Source of the DNA: Eledone cirrhosa
Taxonomy: Eukaryota
NCBI GenBank assembly: GCA_964016885.1
Contig: OZ024741.1
Coordinates: 87,606,001 to 87,670,000 of the forward strand
Direction of reading: 5' to 3'
DNA: 64,000 nucleotides
Positions 56,001 through 64,000 of the stretch are shown here, piece by piece. The notes under the pieces were generated by a model, which was given only the letters and a program-made list of their open reading frames with translations, was not told the origin of the DNA and made no database searches. Position 1 is the first letter of the stretch. Every line of letters begins with the position of its first letter. The position numbers were made by a program, and so were the translations under genes.

Positions 56001-57829
56001 GAAAGCCCGCACGTGGGTCATGGCGTCCTGAGTCCTCTCGTACATGTACCGAGGTCCTCCAGTGAAGGTAGAAGGCAGGATGCAGACCTTGCCAATGTTT
56101 CGGGGATCCCCGTCGTTGGTCAAGCCGTCTCACAGGTGTATGTAGCTTTCGCTACGCAGTTGCTGCTGGTGGGTTCGAATGAAGGCCAGTCATTCTGACT
56201 CCATCTTTGCTGCCATATCCACCGCAAATTGGTTCAGAAGGTCCTGCGATCTGTGCAAACTGTTGAAACAGTTTCTCCGAGGCATGAGTCGGTATGCATA
56301 AAATTCCTTGCAGGACACGGTTTTGGCGGCAGCAACGGAGGGCTGGTTTGGCTGGCAGTGTGGAGTCTTGAAGTGGTAGCCGTCCTCGCCGCGGGGAAAA
56401 GTAGAGGGTATTGGAGGCTGTCGTAGGATCGGTGTGTTTCGCGTATTCTGTGGAGGCCAGTTGCACGGTTGGATATGACGATATCCCGGGGGGTTGTGCT
56501 GGTCTCCGTGAAGGACGACTGCCACCTCGTTGCACGCGGGCGCGTTGAATCGACGGGCGTGTTCTCCGGATGGTCTTTTGTCGGCATCCATGACAATGTT
56601 GAAGTTAGGCAGGTCAGTAGTCTCCAAGGCGTCCTTGAAGCTCTGCACGTAGCTGTTTTCGGATTGTAGCATTTGCTGCAGCGCAAGGAGGACGTCTCTG
56701 TCCAGGTTCTCTCTAGTGCCATCAGCTGGGATGACAGATGAGCGCATGTGAGCCTGCTTGTTGTAGTCAGCTATGAAGTAAATTTGCAGGAAGGCGGGTT
56801 GCGCTGACGGCGCAGGCTGTAGAGGACCGACATAGTGGTAAACCTGGCCCTGAACCTTAAAGGTTGGCATCCACCCGCTTTCTCGGACAATTTTGGCCCC
56901 GAACGAAGTCATCTGGAAGGCGCAGTTGTATTTCCTTATGTTGCCAAGGAAGTCTGTTGACGTAGAGGTCTCTCCGCTAAGAAGTTCTCGCAAAGGTTCT
57001 GGAGGGGCCGCCAAAGGAGGAAGTGAAACCTTCCCATTAGAGCAGCACAGGCCAGGTGGTTCTCCGGACCACTTCTCTGCACCACAGAATTGGCATATGA
57101 CATCCATCCTGCCTAGTTGAATGTCCGTACGGTCGGAGTATTTTACTGTTGGATCGAAGTTGAAAGCCTTCATAAGCCAAAATGACTCATGTGGACTCGT
57201 TGTTCCTCTGGCGGTGTCTCTTCGTGCGGTGTTTGTGTCCAACCGAGCACAGCGGGTTGTTTGATGTTCTGCGGCACGGGAGGCGGTGGTGGATACAGCG
57301 TTCTGGGACATTCGGATGGCTGTCTGTATCTCGGTCTGGGATGCTCTGGCAGCTGCGGTGGAGGCGGAGTCCTTGGACCTTCGGATGGCTGTCTGTATCT
57401 CGGTCTGGGATGCTCTGGCAGTTGCCTTGGAGGCGGAGTCCTTGGACCTTCGGATGGCTGTCTCCTGGTCGGTTTCTGCAGCACGGGAGGCGGCGGTTGA
57501 AGCAGCGTTCTTTGACCGTCTGGTGGCTGTTTGCTGTTTAGTTTCGGAGGCCCTTGCAGCAGCAGTAGTTGCAGCATTCCTAGCCCTACGAAGAGCTCTT
57601 TGGCTGTCACTCTCTGCTGCCGAATGGCACGATTCGAAGCGGTAACCGTAGATAGAGAGGCGCTGGGTTGGGCTGTGCTAGGGGTACTTAAGTTTGAAAG
57701 CGAAGTAACAGGGGTTTGTGACCAAAAATGCAGTCCGGCATCCGTAGATTGCTCATTCAATCGCCTCTTTTTTGAAACAACAGACGATGTTTTCCTACGG
57801 CTAAGGGTACTCTTTCTTTTCAGTGGCAT
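53064..57829 (-). pseudogene. Helitron Rep/PIF1-helicase (RepHel) with several frameshifts and stops
   Basis: CxxC..CCSNG zinc motif, FTCNP, VEWQKRGLPHIH (HUH), KYVCKYVNKG, GGTGKT, WDEC, GDFRQTLPV, TINKSQGQT, HGQLYVACSRV; stops at 56190 and 53940. Confidence 0.95.
57311..57480 (-). repeat. 69-bp (23-codon) tandem repeat in the RepHel N-terminus
   Basis: TTCGGATGGCTGTCT at 57311, 57380, 57449; encodes ASQTEIQTAIRRSKDSASTAAAR. Confidence 0.85.
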
Positions 57830-58993
57830 GGTTGCAATAGTACAGTAAACAGTAAAGGGGAAGCAGGTTTAGAGCAAAGGCAAAAAAGCGAAGGTGATAA
57901 GCAGTATTTTGGGGAAGGTAAAAAAAAGTGACAAATTGTTACAATTTTAAGCAAGAAAAAAGTAAACAAAAAACGTACTGGGAATGGCAAAGTCCGAAAG
58001 CGAGGTCACAAAATGTAATGCAGTGAGAGTGAAGCACACGTCTACACAGTAGCCTAACCAAGTAGCAAGTGTAGCGTTTGAAAACCAAAGCTTTGCAGGC
58101 CACTCAAATCAACGATAAGAGTCTGCAGAATTTTTTGATAGCAGTCTTGCTAAAACAGAATAAAAGCTGCCACCTCCAGCCGTCCAGGAAATTTTTTTTT
58201 TATTCAAGGCGAAAATTTGTCCACTTCTCGACCGAAAGAAAGCAAAAACTGACTCAACTGGTGCCAGGTGGTCAGAACTGGCAGGAACTGGTTTGTGTCA
58301 CGTGAAGCTGTAACTATAGCAACAGTGGTTCCCTCGGTCTCAAAGACCAAAGTAAGTGGAGAGGGGAAGGTAATGTTACTGTAACACCAACAACGTCTCT
58401 CTCTATATTCCTCGCTCAATAAAGAAGGGGGAGGTGGAAGATAATGTTACTATAGCAACAGTGGTTCGCTCACTGACCAAAGTGGAGAGGGGAATGTAAT
58501 ATTTCTGTGACACCCAAAACTTCTCTCTCTATCTTCCTCTTTCTCTCTCTAAAGAAGGGGGAACGGGAAGGTAATGTTACTATAAGACCTGTTATTCCTG
58601 TCTCTCTATATACGAAGTGGAGATTCGACCTGGAGCTTCACTCTCGACCGAATTTCGTAATGATTCGAGCACGTCAACAAAATTTAGACTCTTTTCTACC
58701 CATATTAGCAAAAAAACGGGTCAAAAAACTCAAAAGGAAAAGTTTTTCACGCGTGCATAAAATGCAACCTCACCCAAAATAGACAAAAAGGTGGATTGCG
58801 GACCCTTGGGGGCGGGGGGGGCTATCAAAAAACAAAGTAGCCTAAGCAATGTAAAGGGTCATGAGGAGTGATGTATACAAATTTGAGCGAGATCGGGCGA
58901 GCGGTGTAGACGCCAACCTCGAATAATGTAACATCCACACACACACAGACAAACACACATCCTCTGTTTTATATATATAGATATATATATATA

Positions 58994-59195
58994 ACGAAGG
59001 AAGTGTGGTAAAGAACCAGGTGGACCATAACGCACCAGAGTACTCAATACTTAGGGTAGTAGAGTGGGTAATAGGAAAATGTTCAAGACCCCGACGGCAG
59101 AGCTCAAGCCTTTTCAACGGCTATTTTTGGAGGACGTCCAGAAATATCAGTCGAAACGGCTTGAGCTCTGCCATCGGGCTCTTGAACATTTTCAT
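58994..59195. mobile_element. Small insert in (TA)n ending in a hairpin of about 120 bp
   Basis: GAAAATGTTCAAGACCCCGACGGCAGAGCTCAAGCC pairs with GGCTTGAGCTCTGCCATCGGGCTCTTGAACATTTTC. Confidence 0.7.
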
Positions 59196-59196
59196 T

Positions 59197-63161
<3,965 letters not shown>

Positions 63162-64000
63162 CTAGCAGTTTAGCCCGGCGTTGCTCGGGTTTATTCATTT
63201 GCTATGAAAAGTTACATACAGGTAAACGTGGCTTGAAAGCGAATAAGCTTATCAATTAAGTGCATAAAGCAGTTGAACCGGTTATTAAAGGTTACGAACC
63301 AATTAGCATTTTGGACAATCAATGATGGGTTAATAATCTTCCAATAGCGAATTTAGCAGACCAAAGCTGCAAGATGGTGGCCCTGGTGCCGCTGGGTGTC
63401 ACATCTGTCCGCCATGGGTGATGCTACCAGGAAATAGTTTTCCAGACGGCATAGCTCCAACACCTCCAACACCTGCACCAACATCTATAGCACCTCTTTG
63501 TAGACGTTATTGCGTGTCATCCCTTGAGGAGTGTAAGCAAAAAGTGCATTCCTGCTCCCTACGTGGGAACAGGCAACATAAAGTTGACCATGGGAGAAGC
63601 ATGGCTCCCCCAAATGGATGCCCGCCACCGACAATGTTTGCCCTTGTGACTTGTTAATGGACATGGCAAAACATGGTCTCATCGGGAATTGGGATCGCCG
63701 GAAATCGAACGGGATATCTGACGCGGAGGGAAAAAGGTTCATCCTTGGAATGAAAACATTCTCCCCTCTTCCGCACCCCATTACAATGGTGGCCTCAATC
63801 AAGTGGAGCGTCATTGACTTGACGACCATGCGAGTACCGTTGCACTGCTTTGGTGGGCGCAAGTTCCTTATTAGCATAATTAGACACCCAACCCTAAGCT
63901 TAAGAATGTGAGGTGGGAGCCCTTGAGGCTCCAGGGAATATAATAACTCAACCGGATAATTAACGATATCCTCGGGGTCTGACGTCCGGTCGATAGATTT
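63162..64000 (-). mobile_element. Helitron 3' end with helicase C-terminus, continuing beyond the window
   Basis: CTAG terminus with CCCGGCGTTGCTCGGG hairpin; ORF RNLRPPKQCNGTR..SINKSQGQT..HGQLYVACS. Confidence 0.93.

Larger units (their letters stand above)
52336..58981 (-). mobile_element. Full-length Helitron (about 6.6 kb), disrupted
   Basis: Minus strand A|TCTATATATATAAAAC ... CCCGGGCAACGCCGGG hairpin, CTAG|T; no target-site duplication. Confidence 0.93.

Overview
Repeat-saturated, AT-rich eukaryotic (animal) DNA with no host protein-coding gene that I can support. The SINE family and the density of (TA)n/(CATA)n/(GTA)n microsatellites suggest an octopus-like cephalopod, which is inference only. 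Contents: two near-intact R4/Dong-clade non-LTR retrotransposons (RT + CCHC + restriction-like endonuclease) plus decayed copies, all in (CATA)n; short RTE-derived bipartite elements in the same arrays in the opposite orientation; three Penelope-like elements (one with an uninterrupted RT/GIY-YIG ORF of about 1030 aa) and about ten small fold-back and/or hammerhead-bearing Penelope-type remnants mostly in or beside (TA)n; a full-length but disrupted 6.6 kb Helitron with relatives; tRNA-type SINEs; CRE and Rex3/RTE fragments; and an approximately 8 kb G/T-skewed satellite block. Best candidates for something new: (1) strand-polarised sharing of one (CATA)n target by two unrelated retroelement groups; (2) a size series of 5'-inverted Penelope-type insertions, including a non-coding tandem hammerhead unit resembling a retrozyme at 50.2-50.8 kb. 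Coordinates were read by eye and may be off by a few bases.
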